Of a stretch of 64,000 nucleotides of DNA, positions 46,584 to 56,800 are shown piece after piece. The position numbers and the translations under genes are program-made. This stretch comes from an uncultured Clostridia bacterium. GTDB taxonomy: Bacteria > Bacillota > Clostridia > TANB77 > CAG-465. Positions within the stretch are counted from its first letter, which is position 1, and every line of letters starts with the position of its first letter. The notes under the pieces were generated by a model. It did not search any database, was not told the DNA's origin, and saw nothing but the letters and a program-made list of their open reading frames with translations. The stretch lies in NCBI GenBank assembly GCA_944383015.1, contig CALWOC010000002.1, forward strand, positions 177,972 to 241,971, given 5' to 3'.

Positions 46584-49352
46584 ATGAAGAAAAAAATAAT
46601 ATTTATTCTCTCGCTTATTGCATTTACAATATTATTTATTCCTAATGTTTATGCTTATGATAGTGGAAGAGAAGTATTTGTAAGACACATAAATAAAGAT
46701 AATGGAAAAATAATTTCTGGACTTGAGAATACAAATCAAGAAGAAATAAGTCAAGATGGAAATAGTTTGTTAATTAAAAATTCAAGAGCAGATGATGCTA
46801 CGATAGATTATAGTGAATATTATAATTATTCTGTATCATCAACTATGAAAATCACTAAAACTCTTGTAATGCAAGTAAATGGAGTCAAATATGATTATTT
46901 GGGATATAATATTTGTACTCAGCCTAGTTTGGATGAGGCATATGGTATTGCCGAGGAAAAAAAATCTGGTGTAAGAGCCGGAACAGCAAAACTTGATGTT
47001 GAGTATGGTAATAGCTTAGGAAATGCTCAAGTCAATACAATCCAATCTAATAATAATGATGTTACAATAATAGATTTTTATTATACAGAAAATACAGTAG
47101 ATAATGTTTCACCAAAACTATTTAGTAATACAAATGTATGGAGTGGGAGTGATGCAGAACTTACTTCTGATGTAACATATATTCCATCTGGAGAAATGTT
47201 ATATCCATATTTTAAAACACCAAAATATGTAATAAAAGATTTGTCATATGAGAAGACAATAGTTGATGATAAGGTAAGTTATAGAGTTAATAATTTTACT
47301 GTTTATAGACTACAAGAGGCTTATTTAAAATCATCGGAATCTAAACATGTTGGTGAAAATGGAGAAATAGAAATAACTGGTGCCTTAGTAGGTAGTGATC
47401 CTGCAGCAGCAATATCTGGTATAGGTGAAACTTTTCCTATACTTGTTGAAAATAAAGATCAAATTACACAAATTTTAAATAATTTAGTATCAGAATATAA
47501 TGATAAGCATACAACAGTATTACCTGGTAAAGGAGATATAGATAAAAGTGATGGAGATGATACATCACAAAGTGACTTTAATGCAGGAATAGTAATTAGT
47601 TCAGACGCTTTAAATGGACTTAGAAGTGCAAAGGGAAATGTTGTATATCAAGAATATGATGTATTAAACGGAACTTATGGAGCAACAAGAGAATATGAAT
47701 CAACAAATGATCATTATATAAATGTATATACACCTGTAAAAATAAATGATCCTCAAGTCATTACAACTAGTAATTCAACAATTGATCACTCTACTGTAAA
47801 TTCATCAACAGTTATTCTAGCGGATGATGCTACTTTTGAAATAAGACTTAGTCAAGGGGATTTAGACTTTAATTATTATAATAATATAACAGCAGCACAA
47901 AAGGCTAGGTTTGTTAATTATTATTATCTTATTTTTGATTTTGATGTTATACATAATGGAAGAATATATGAAAAAGGGACAGCAATTAGAATGACTAATA
48001 TGGCGGCTTATCAAGATGGATATACATATTTCCATGGACAAGTAGCACCAAATGAAACTTTATCTAGAGATGCTTCAAATCATAAAATAATAATACTTGC
48101 TTCATCATCTAATATGAATTCTAATGAATTATTACAATATGTTGTTGATCAAGAAGTTGCAATTCAGCTTGACGAGACTATGGAGGCAAGTAATAGAAAA
48201 TATTTAACAACAAGTGGAGATAATACAGCTAATTTTTCAAATGATATTGAATATTCTGAGTCTCATACAGATCCGCAATATACTAGTGGAGCTAAGCTTT
48301 ATGGTGATGGTTATTATTTTGCTATGAAAACAGTTACAGTAAGAACAGCTTCTAAAATATATGACTTTAGAATAACAGACTGTACAGATTTGGCATATAA
48401 GAGTGTATTTAGACAAACAGATACTAATGAGAGATCAGAAAATAGTTATTATTCTGGAATTAGAAAAATGTATGTATATACTATGGCCAATAAAGAATAT
48501 ACAATTTTACAAGATAGGTCAGATATTGATATTTATGGTACTTCAGCAACTAAAACTTTGCCACTTGGACCATATAAACATACTACAGCAAGTTATATTA
48601 GTGCACCAAAACTTGGATATAGAATAGCATTCGATTTAAAGACTACAGGATATTATATGCCAGATTCGAGCAAGACAAGTTCTAGAAAAATAAGGATAAA
48701 GCCATCATATTATTATATATCAAAAGATGGTTCACAATTAATAAAAAATATAGATTTATATTATAAGGATGAAAGTGGAAAATATAAAAAGTTTGTAGGT
48801 AGTGGATACACAATTTATTTTACACCAAATGATGGATATAGATATAAAAATGAAAGTACAACATCTAATACTTCATATTTATCTAAGAAGAAAGAAGCAT
48901 TAAATATTGGTAGTAGTTCAGGAGAGTTTTATTTAACTGATGCAATGATATCACTTGATGATACAGGTTATATTCAGTCATGGTATGGTGAATTTAAATT
49001 ACCAAATACAACAATTGCTACAAGAAGTGGAGATAGTATAAATAATGCACTTACAGATGGATACATTGCAGTTAAATTTGATATAACATGTTATGATTCT
49101 AATTTAAATGAATCAATATCATATAATGCTTTAAATAAATCTGCAGGAGCTGCAATAAATACAACACAATGGGATTATGAAGGCTATTTAGGGTTTTCAA
49201 ATCCAGGTCAGGCAATAAATGAGAATACTAGTTTAAGATTACAGCTTGAAAAAGGAATTTGGTCTATTGATTCACAATCATTATATGACTTTGTAAAAGG
49301 AACAGTCGTTTTATATGATATTGATGCTAGAGCGGCAGATGATATACAGTAA
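46584..49352 (+). CDS. Large secreted beta-rich protein, putative adhesin/tip
   Basis: Signal peptide ending VYA; 922 aa, S/T/N/Y-rich; last gene of operon. Confidence 0.65.
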   Translation: MKKKIIFILSLIAFTILFIPNVYAYDSGREVFVRHINKDNGKIISGLENTNQEEISQDGNSLLIKNSRADDATIDYSEYYNYSVSSTMKITKTLVMQVNGVKYDYLGYNICTQPSLDEAYGIAEEKKSGVRAGTAKLDVEYGNSLGNAQVNTIQSNNNDVTIIDFYYTENTVDNVSPKLFSNTNVWSGSDAELTSDVTYIPSGEMLYPYFKTPKYVIKDLSYEKTIVDDKVSYRVNNFTVYRLQEAYLKSSESKHVGENGEIEITGALVGSDPAAAISGIGETFPILVENKDQITQILNNLVSEYNDKHTTVLPGKGDIDKSDGDDTSQSDFNAGIVISSDALNGLRSAKGNVVYQEYDVLNGTYGATREYESTNDHYINVYTPVKINDPQVITTSNSTIDHSTVNSSTVILADDATFEIRLSQGDLDFNYYNNITAAQKARFVNYYYLIFDFDVIHNGRIYEKGTAIRMTNMAAYQDGYTYFHGQVAPNETLSRDASNHKIIILASSSNMNSNELLQYVVDQEVAIQLDETMEASNRKYLTTSGDNTANFSNDIEYSESHTDPQYTSGAKLYGDGYYFAMKTVTVRTASKIYDFRITDCTDLAYKSVFRQTDTNERSENSYYSGIRKMYVYTMANKEYTILQDRSDIDIYGTSATKTLPLGPYKHTTASYISAPKLGYRIAFDLKTTGYYMPDSSKTSSRKIRIKPSYYYISKDGSQLIKNIDLYYKDESGKYKKFVGSGYTIYFTPNDGYRYKNESTTSNTSYLSKKKEALNIGSSSGEFYLTDAMISLDDTGYIQSWYGEFKLPNTTIATRSGDSINNALTDGYIAVKFDITCYDSNLNESISYNALNKSAGAAINTTQWDYEGYLGFSNPGQAINENTSLRLQLEKGIWSIDSQSLYDFVKGTVVLYDIDARAADDIQ

Positions 49353-49394
49353 TTATATAAAATGATGTTCTTGGTATATTATAAGTTAATATTT

Positions 49395-49425
49395 AGAGAT
49401 ATGTATATAATACATATCTCTTTAA
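49395..49425 (+). terminator. Hairpin, probable terminator
   Basis: agagatatgtat-ata-atacatatctct. Confidence 0.6.
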
Positions 49426-49580
49426 TTTTATTTGAAAAGGATAATATGAAAGTTTTTTCTTTATCTTATTTATGACTATGGAAAATTAATAATTTTTCAT
49501 AGTCCTTTTTTTGTCGTATTATAATAATCTAATAATAATTGGAAAAGTAGTGAATAGATATATATTAAGGTGATTTTATC

Positions 49581-50597
49581 TTGAAACTAAGACTTGCTTT
49601 TTTATATATAATTTCAGCTATACTTTTTTGTTTGATTGTTGTACTAGCTATTGGAAGTAAGAATAATAAAGAAGAAAAGAAGGAGGAAGAAGAAAAAATC
49701 GAGTTTGAATCTGGTAGTACAATAGAGCTTTTAAGAAGCGCTACGGGACAAATAGAGTCTTTAGATCTTAATTATTATTTATTATGTGTCGTTGCCTCAG
49801 AAATCCCTTTTAGCTATGAATATGAGGCAATTAAAGCACAAGTAATAGTAGCTAGGACATATTTATTTAATAAAATAAAAAATAATAAGGAAGAACTAGC
49901 AGATGTGTGTGATAGTTATACACATTGTCAAGCATTTACAGATATAAATAAGTTAGAAGAGATATGGAAAAATAAAGGCTTTTCAGAAAAAGAAATAAAA
50001 GATGGGGAAGATAAAATAAAAAAGGCAATAGTTGAAACACAAGGAAAAATTATTACATATAACGGAGAGATAATTGATGCTTTATTTCATGCAAGTAGTC
50101 CACAAAAGACTGAAGATGCAAGTGCAATTTGGTCAGGTGTAGATATACCATATTTAAAGTCTGTTGAAAATGTTGAAGATGAAGATTATGAAAGAAGAAC
50201 ATCTACAAATGTAATAAGCTATGCAACATTTAAAAATACATTAATAGGTAATGGGTATATAGATGATTTAACTTTAGATGAGTTTAAAAATATTTGTATT
50301 AGTGAATATACTGCAAGTGGTAGAGTAAAATCAATTGCTGTTGGACTATATCGTATAAAAGCAGAAGACCTTCGTAGTTTATTTGGACTAAATTCAACAA
50401 ATTTTACTTTGAATATAGAAGATGAAAATATAGAATTTAATGTTTTAGGTTTTGGACATGGAGTAGGTCTTAGTCAAGTAGGAGCTAATACATATGCAAG
50501 AGCTGGAAAAAGCTGTGATGAGATAATTCACCATTATTATACAGATGTAGAGATAAAAGATATTGATAGTGAACAAATGAAAAGAGGTAAAATATGA
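49581..50597 (+). CDS. spoIID: Stage II sporulation protein D
   Basis: VVASEIP, EAIKAQ...ARTY, HCQA, PYLKSV, GFGHGVGLSQVGA. Confidence 0.92.
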   Translation: MKLRLAFLYIISAILFCLIVVLAIGSKNNKEEKKEEEEKIEFESGSTIELLRSATGQIESLDLNYYLLCVVASEIPFSYEYEAIKAQVIVARTYLFNKIKNNKEELADVCDSYTHCQAFTDINKLEEIWKNKGFSEKEIKDGEDKIKKAIVETQGKIITYNGEIIDALFHASSPQKTEDASAIWSGVDIPYLKSVENVEDEDYERRTSTNVISYATFKNTLIGNGYIDDLTLDEFKNICISEYTASGRVKSIAVGLYRIKAEDLRSLFGLNSTNFTLNIEDENIEFNVLGFGHGVGLSQVGANTYARAGKSCDEIIHHYYTDVEIKDIDSEQMKRGKI

Positions 50598-51430
50598 AAA
50601 TTAAGATTGAAAATATATTGGATAAATTTTTAGAAAAGTTAAATTTAAAAAGAATTGAACAAAAAAATAAAGGAAGAGTTATAAAATTTGATACAAATTC
50701 AATTGATACAGAAAAAGAGAAAGAAGAAACAGAAGAAAAAAAGACAAGAAAAGGCTCTTTGGAAGAAAATGTAATAAAGGAAAATAGGAGAATTTCAAAA
50801 AGAAGTGTTAGCTTACTTACTTCTATGGTGTTGTTATTAATGTTAACAATATCCTTGGGATTAAACAGTAAATATGTAAAGAATGAAGATCTAGTATCGC
50901 CAAAAGATATAAGTAGTGTTGCTACATCTTCTTCTGTGGATAATAATGAACAAATGACAACAGATGAAGCGACAGAGGAGAGTGTTTTTGCAACTAAAGC
51001 AACACCAAAAAAAGTAGAAGAAAAGTTAATATTTAGTGTACCAATTAGTGGAGAAATACAAAAGATGTATTCAACGGATAAAGTTATATACTCTAAAACT
51101 TTGGGACAATGGAAAACACATGACGGACTAGACATTGCAGCAGATTTAGGCGATGAGGTATATTCCATAGAAAGAGGAGTTGTAGATGATGTATATAATG
51201 ATTCTTTTTACGGAACGACAATTGTTATAGAACACATAAGTGGATATATAAGTAAGTATTCAAATTTAGATGAGGAAGTATATGTAAATATAGGAGAAAG
51301 TGTTGTAAAGGGACAAAAGATTGGAAAAGTTGGAGATACATCTGTTGGGGAGTACCTAGATAGTCCTCATTTACATTTTATGCTTTATTTAAATGATATT
51401 AGTATAGATCCAACTTATATATATAATTAG
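50594..51430 (+). CDS. spoIIQ: SpoIIQ-like M23 protein
   Basis: TM, SKTLGQWKTHDGLD, PHLHF; lies between spoIID and spoIIID. Confidence 0.75.
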   Translation: MKIKIENILDKFLEKLNLKRIEQKNKGRVIKFDTNSIDTEKEKEETEEKKTRKGSLEENVIKENRRISKRSVSLLTSMVLLLMLTISLGLNSKYVKNEDLVSPKDISSVATSSSVDNNEQMTTDEATEESVFATKATPKKVEEKLIFSVPISGEIQKMYSTDKVIYSKTLGQWKTHDGLDIAADLGDEVYSIERGVVDDVYNDSFYGTTIVIEHISGYISKYSNLDEEVYVNIGESVVKGQKIGKVGDTSVGEYLDSPHLHFMLYLNDISIDPTYIYN

Positions 51431-51439
51431 GAGGTCATT

Positions 51440-51688
51440 ATGAGTGATATAGAAGATAGAGCTAAACTATTTGCAAATTATATTATAGAAAATAAAGCTA
51501 CTGTAAGAGCAACAGCCAAAGCATTTGAAATATCTAAATCAACAGTACATAAAGATGTAGCGGAAAGATTAGAAAAATTTAATCCATCCCTTGCTGCTGA
51601 AGCCAGAAAAATTTTAGAGTTAAATAAATCTGAAAGACATTTAAGGGGCGGACTTGCTACAAAATTAAAATATAGCAAGATAAGTTAA
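51440..51688 (+). CDS. spoIIID: Sporulation transcription regulator SpoIIID
   Basis: YIIENKATVRATAKAFEISKSTVHKDV...ERHLRGGLATK. Confidence 0.96.
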   Translation: MSDIEDRAKLFANYIIENKATVRATAKAFEISKSTVHKDVAERLEKFNPSLAAEARKILELNKSERHLRGGLATKLKYSKIS

Positions 51689-51762
51689 TATAAAGTTTGT
51701 ATTTTAGGTTGCAAAAGGTTTCTAAATGTAATATAATTGTAACAGAAAGAGGGGAATATATA

Positions 51763-52782
51763 GTGATTTTTGGCGGACAAGATATAGGAATAGATTTAGG
51801 AACTGCAACTATACTAGTATATGTAAAAGGAAAAGGAATTGTATTAAGAGAGCCTTCTGTTGTTGCAATAGATAAAAATACAAATCAAGTTTTAGCTGTA
51901 GGACAAGAAGCAAGAAAAATGCTTGGTAGAACTCCAGGTAATATTGTTGCGCTTAGACCACTAAAAGATGGTGTTATATCAGATTATACTATTACAGAAA
52001 GAATGCTTAAGTATTTTATTCATAAAGTATGTGGTAAATTTGTTTTTTCACCTAAAATTATGATATGTGTACCTTCACGTGTAACTGAGGTTGAAAGAAA
52101 AGCTGTAATTGATGCTGCAACACATGCAGGAGCTAGAAAAGTATATTTAATAGAAGAACCAATAGCTGCAGCAATAGGTGCAGGAATAGATATAACAAAA
52201 CCTTATGGAAGTATGATAGTAGATATTGGTGGAGGAACTTCAGATATTGCTGTTATTTCCTTAGGAGGAGCAGTAAGAAGTACTTCTATAAAGATGGCAG
52301 GAGATAAATTTGATGAGGCAATAATAAAATATATAAAGAGAAATAGAAATGTTATTATTGGAGAAAGAACAGCAGAAGAGATAAAAATAAATATAGGTTG
52401 TATGTATCCAAAGTCAGTAACTGAAAGAATGATGGTAAAAGGGAGAGATATAACTTCAGGTCTTCCAGTAGAAATAGAAATTACTTCTGATGAAGTATAT
52501 AGTGCTTTATCTGAATGTGCAGAAAAAATTCTTGAAGGTGTTCATTCTGTTCTTGAAGAAACACCACCAGAGCTTGTAGCGGATGTATCAGAAAGAGGAA
52601 TATATATAACAGGTGGTGGCGGTCTTGTTTGGGGATTAGATAAACTTATTGCAGAAAAGACAGGTATACCAGTAATGATAGCAGAAGACGCACAATCATG
52701 TGTAGCAATTGGAACGGGTAAAGCTCTAAATCATGTGGAGTTATTTGAGTCAGGAAATGCTATAAAGATAAAAAAATATTAA
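51763..52782 (+). CDS. mbl: MreB-like protein Mbl
   Basis: GIDLGTA, EPSVVA, DIGGGT; follows spoIIID; GTG start 51763 after GAGGGG. Confidence 0.9.
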   Translation: MIFGGQDIGIDLGTATILVYVKGKGIVLREPSVVAIDKNTNQVLAVGQEARKMLGRTPGNIVALRPLKDGVISDYTITERMLKYFIHKVCGKFVFSPKIMICVPSRVTEVERKAVIDAATHAGARKVYLIEEPIAAAIGAGIDITKPYGSMIVDIGGGTSDIAVISLGGAVRSTSIKMAGDKFDEAIIKYIKRNRNVIIGERTAEEIKINIGCMYPKSVTERMMVKGRDITSGLPVEIEITSDEVYSALSECAEKILEGVHSVLEETPPELVADVSERGIYITGGGGLVWGLDKLIAEKTGIPVMIAEDAQSCVAIGTGKALNHVELFESGNAIKIKKY

Positions 52783-52797
52783 TTAATAATAAAGTTT

Positions 52798-52825
52798 AAG
52801 CTTGAAATTATTTTCAAGCTTTTTT
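52798..52825 (+). terminator. Intrinsic terminator
   Basis: aagcttgaaa...tttcaagctt plus T run. Confidence 0.7.
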
Positions 52826-52827
52826 AA

Positions 52828-52856
52828 TTGACATAAAAAATGCGATGTGGTATAAT
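52828..52856 (+). promoter_or_regulatory. Consensus SigA promoter
   Basis: TTGACA-17 bp-TATAAT with TG extension. Confidence 0.75.
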
Positions 52857-52913
52857 TATCAAACATATATTATTAACTTATCTAAATATTAATATAATAA
52901 GGAGGAGTAGATT

Positions 52914-53718
52914 ATGAGTAAATTTAAAAACACTAATCTAAAAGAAAACATTTTTAAAGGAGAGCTTATTAGAATTGATTATTTGTCAGGAGATGATTAC
53001 AAAGAGAGGCTATTACTTGCAGGAGAAAAACTAGAAAAGTTACGGATATAGTTATAAGCAAAGTAAACTATTTTTTTTAAAAAGAACATTTCTTAAATCT
53101 TCTAATTTAGATGATGAAATTAATGATCCAAAAATTCTTAATCAAAAAGTTGATGTATATGAAGGTGATAATCACATAATTATATTATCTAAAAATTTAA
53201 TTCTAGTTGAAACAAAAGACAATTGTAATTATTTAAAAGATTATGAAAAGGAATTAGAAATTATAAGGGATATTATCATTTTAAGAGATGATACTAAAAT
53301 TCAATCTATTAAATTTGAATTAACTACAGAAGATTATATTAGAAAAATTATAGATATAGATAAATATTATAAAAATTTAAAGATTGAAGAATATCCTAAA
53401 GAAAAATATAACATTGAAAGGGATAATTATAATTCTTCTATGTTAAAGGAGCAAGATGTGGAATTTATTTCAACTTGTTTTAACACAAAATATTTTAATG
53501 AATTAAAGGCATGCTATGTTAAAGAAGAGGACTTTTCTACTGCAGAATATTATGATAAGAGAATTGGAAGAGTAATAATAAATATACAGATATATTATTT
53601 TAATTCTCAAAAATTTTTAAAGAGCGATATTATAAGGGATATTAATAATTTAAAGAAAAAATCTATTGAAATTCTTTTTAAATCTTTTAAAGATGAATAT
53701 ATAAAAAAATTCTCTTAA
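52914..53718 (+). CDS. About 267 aa hypothetical protein (TIGR04255-like N-terminus) split by a +1 frameshift at TTA-CGG-ATA-TAG
   Basis: Frame 0 runs 52914-53051 with AGGAGG RBS; +1 frame open 53035-53718 and includes the 92 aa ORF; recoded gene or pseudogene. Confidence 0.65.
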
Positions 53719-53723
53719 GATAA

Positions 53724-53752
53724 AGAAGACTTCTAAAAAGAAGTCTTCTTTT
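53724..53752 (+). terminator. Intrinsic terminator
   Basis: aagaagacttct...agaagtcttctt. Confidence 0.7.
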
Positions 53753-53844
53753 GCTATGCGTAATAAAAAATATAACCTAATAATTTTATTTACAAAAAAG
53801 TAAAAAAATAGTATAATGAGTAAAGAAATTTAGGAGGGATTTTT

Positions 53845-56800
53845 TTGGATAAGCAAGTAAAAGAGGTTTTTAAAAACTGTGTAAGAGAAGAGAATATGTT
53901 TAATTTAGCAACGGTTAAAGAAATTAAATATTCAAAGAAGCTTAATGCTGTTATTTTAGATTCATATAGCCAAGAAAATATACCTCAATCAGATATAGAG
54001 GAATTTGAAAGATTAGCTAAATCTCAGTATGAACTATCTAGTTTTAAAATAAATTATGAATATACAGGAAAACCAAAAGATATAGACATTCAAAATGTAT
54101 ATGACATAATTTCTTGTATTAATAAGAAGTATGATTATACACAAGATATTTTTGAAAATTGTCATATTAATATAGATAATGATGAACGAAATTTAAAAAT
54201 AGAACTTGAAAAACCATATTCCAATTTTTTATATATTAAAAGACTTGATGAGTATATGAAAAAAAGCATAGAAAAGCAATTTGGAGATGATTTTAAAGTA
54301 GAATTTAATGATATGCCTGGTATAGATAATGGTTATTTAGTTGAAGCAAAAACTATTAAACTCGAAGATTTAAATGTAGCTTTTAATGATCAGCACGATA
54401 GTAAGAATGAGCAAAGTAGTAATACTAAAATAATACAAAAACCTAAATTTGTACCAAAGCCACCTTTAACAGAAGAAGAAAAAAAAGAGCGTGAACTTGC
54501 AAAATCACCTCAACCAGACAATGTACTATATGGTGTAAATATTCAAAATCCAATTATAACTAAGATAGAAGATATAATACCTGGTAATGACAGAGTTTGT
54601 ATTTCTGGTAAATTAATTAATAAGGAAGAAAGAGAATTAAGAAATGGAAAAATCTTACTTACAATAGATGTTACAGATAAGACATGTACAGTGTCTTGTA
54701 AAATGTTTTTGGATAAACAAAAATATGAAGATGTTAATGGGAAATTAAAGAAAGATTCATATGTTGTTGTGCAAGGTCGTCCACAAATTGATGCATACTC
54801 AAACGAGTTAACAATAATGGTAAGTAATATATGTAAGGGAGAGAAGCCACCTGAGAGAATGGATAATGCAAGCGAAAAAAGAGTAGAGCTTCATCTTCAC
54901 ACACAAATGAGTGCTATGGACGCTATAACTTCTGCTACAGATTTAGTAAAGCAAGCAATAAAATGGGGACATCCAGCAGTGGCTATAACAGACCATGGAG
55001 TCGTTCAATCTTTTCCAGAAGCAAATCATGTAATAGTAGATAATTATGCAGATTTAGTAAAAAAAGAAGGAAAGATTACAACTCAAGATATACTTGATGC
55101 AGCGCCTATTAAAGTTATTTATGGCGTAGAAGGATATCTTGCTGTAGATGTAGAACCTGTTATTCCTAAAAAAGATACATATTGTATATTTGATTTAGAA
55201 ACAACTGGATTTAATCCAGATACTGACGGAATTACAGAAGTTGCAGTTTGCAAAGTAAAAAACGGTGAGATAATCGACGAATTTACTACTTTTGTTAATC
55301 CAGAAAAACCAATTCCATATAATGTTCAAGAGCTTACACATATTACTGATGATATGGTAAAAGATGCACCAAAAATGGATGAAATGATACCAAAATTTTT
55401 AGAATTTTGTAAAGATAGTGTTTTGGTTGCGCATAATGCTCATTTTGACGTTAGCTTTATTGCAAATAAATCTGAAAAATTAGGCCTTGATTTTAAGCCA
55501 TATGTAATTGATACATATGAGATGTCATTGGAATTATATAATGGTGTAGAAAATCACAAACTTGGAACATTAGTTGAATATTTAGGAATCCCTTTAGAAG
55601 GTGCACATAGAGCTATAAATGATACTAGGGCAACAGCTAAAATGTTTATACGTATGATAGAAGATTGCAAAAAAGAAAAAATAGATGTAAATGATTATAT
55701 ATTCACAAATATAAAAGATAAATCTAGAAATTTATCCCCTAATCACATAATAATTCTTGCTAAAAATTATGTTGGTTTGAAAAATTTATATAAATTAGTA
55801 TCTTTTTCTCATGTTTGGAATTTTCACAAAAAACCTAAGATTTCTCGTTCTATGCTAAAAAGATATAGAGAGGGGCTAATAATAGGATCAGCTTGTGAAC
55901 AAGGTGAATTATATCAAGAAGTATTTGATTTTAAAGTTGGAAGAAGCGACGGAAGTAAAATTGAAGAAATTGCAAACTTTTATGACTATTTAGAGATTCA
56001 ACCACTTGGAAATAATGAATTTTATGAAAGAATAGGTAAAAAAATAAAAAAAGAAGGGAAAAGACCAAAAGGTGAAGAACCTGAATATATTAAACTTACA
56101 CATCAACAAGTAATAGATATTAATAAATATATAGTTGAATTAGGAGATAAATTAAATAAACCTGTTGTTGGAACTTGTGACGTACATTTTATGAATCCTG
56201 AGGATGAAATTTATAGAAGAATAATACAAGCTGGACAAGGCTTTGACGATGCGGATGAACAAGCACCACTATATTTTAGAACGACAGAAGAAATGTTAAA
56301 AGAATTTGATTATTTAACACCTGAAAAGGCATATGAGATTGTTGTAACAAATACAAATTTAGTTGCTAGCTGGTGTGATAGAATAAGTCCTATTTCTGAT
56401 GAAAAATGTCCACCTCATATAGAAGGATGTGAGCAAGATATTAGAAATATTGCAATGGAAAAAGCACATAAATTATATGGTGAAAAATTGCCACAGATTG
56501 TTGAAGATAGACTTGAAAGAGAATTAAACTCAATTATTTCAAATGGATATTCAGTTATGTATATTATTGCTCAAAAGCTGGTTTGGGATTCAAATGATCA
56601 TGGATATATAGTTGGTTCAAGAGGCTCTGTTGGATCATCACTTGCGGCATATATGACTGGTATTACAGAGGTTAACTCTTTAAAATCACATTATAGATGT
56701 CCAAATTGTAAATACTCAGATTTTTCAGATAATGGATATGCAAACGGTTTTGACTTGCCAGATAAGAAATGCCCAGTATGTGGTGCAGATTTAGATAAGG

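Noticed and set aside
48403-48627. 74 aa alternative-frame ORF inside the 922 aa gene
   Set aside because: Fully nested, no RBS or motif
53440-53718. 92 aa ORF as an independent gene
   Set aside because: No RBS, and the frame is open about 400 bp upstream; better explained as the 3' part of the frameshifted gene
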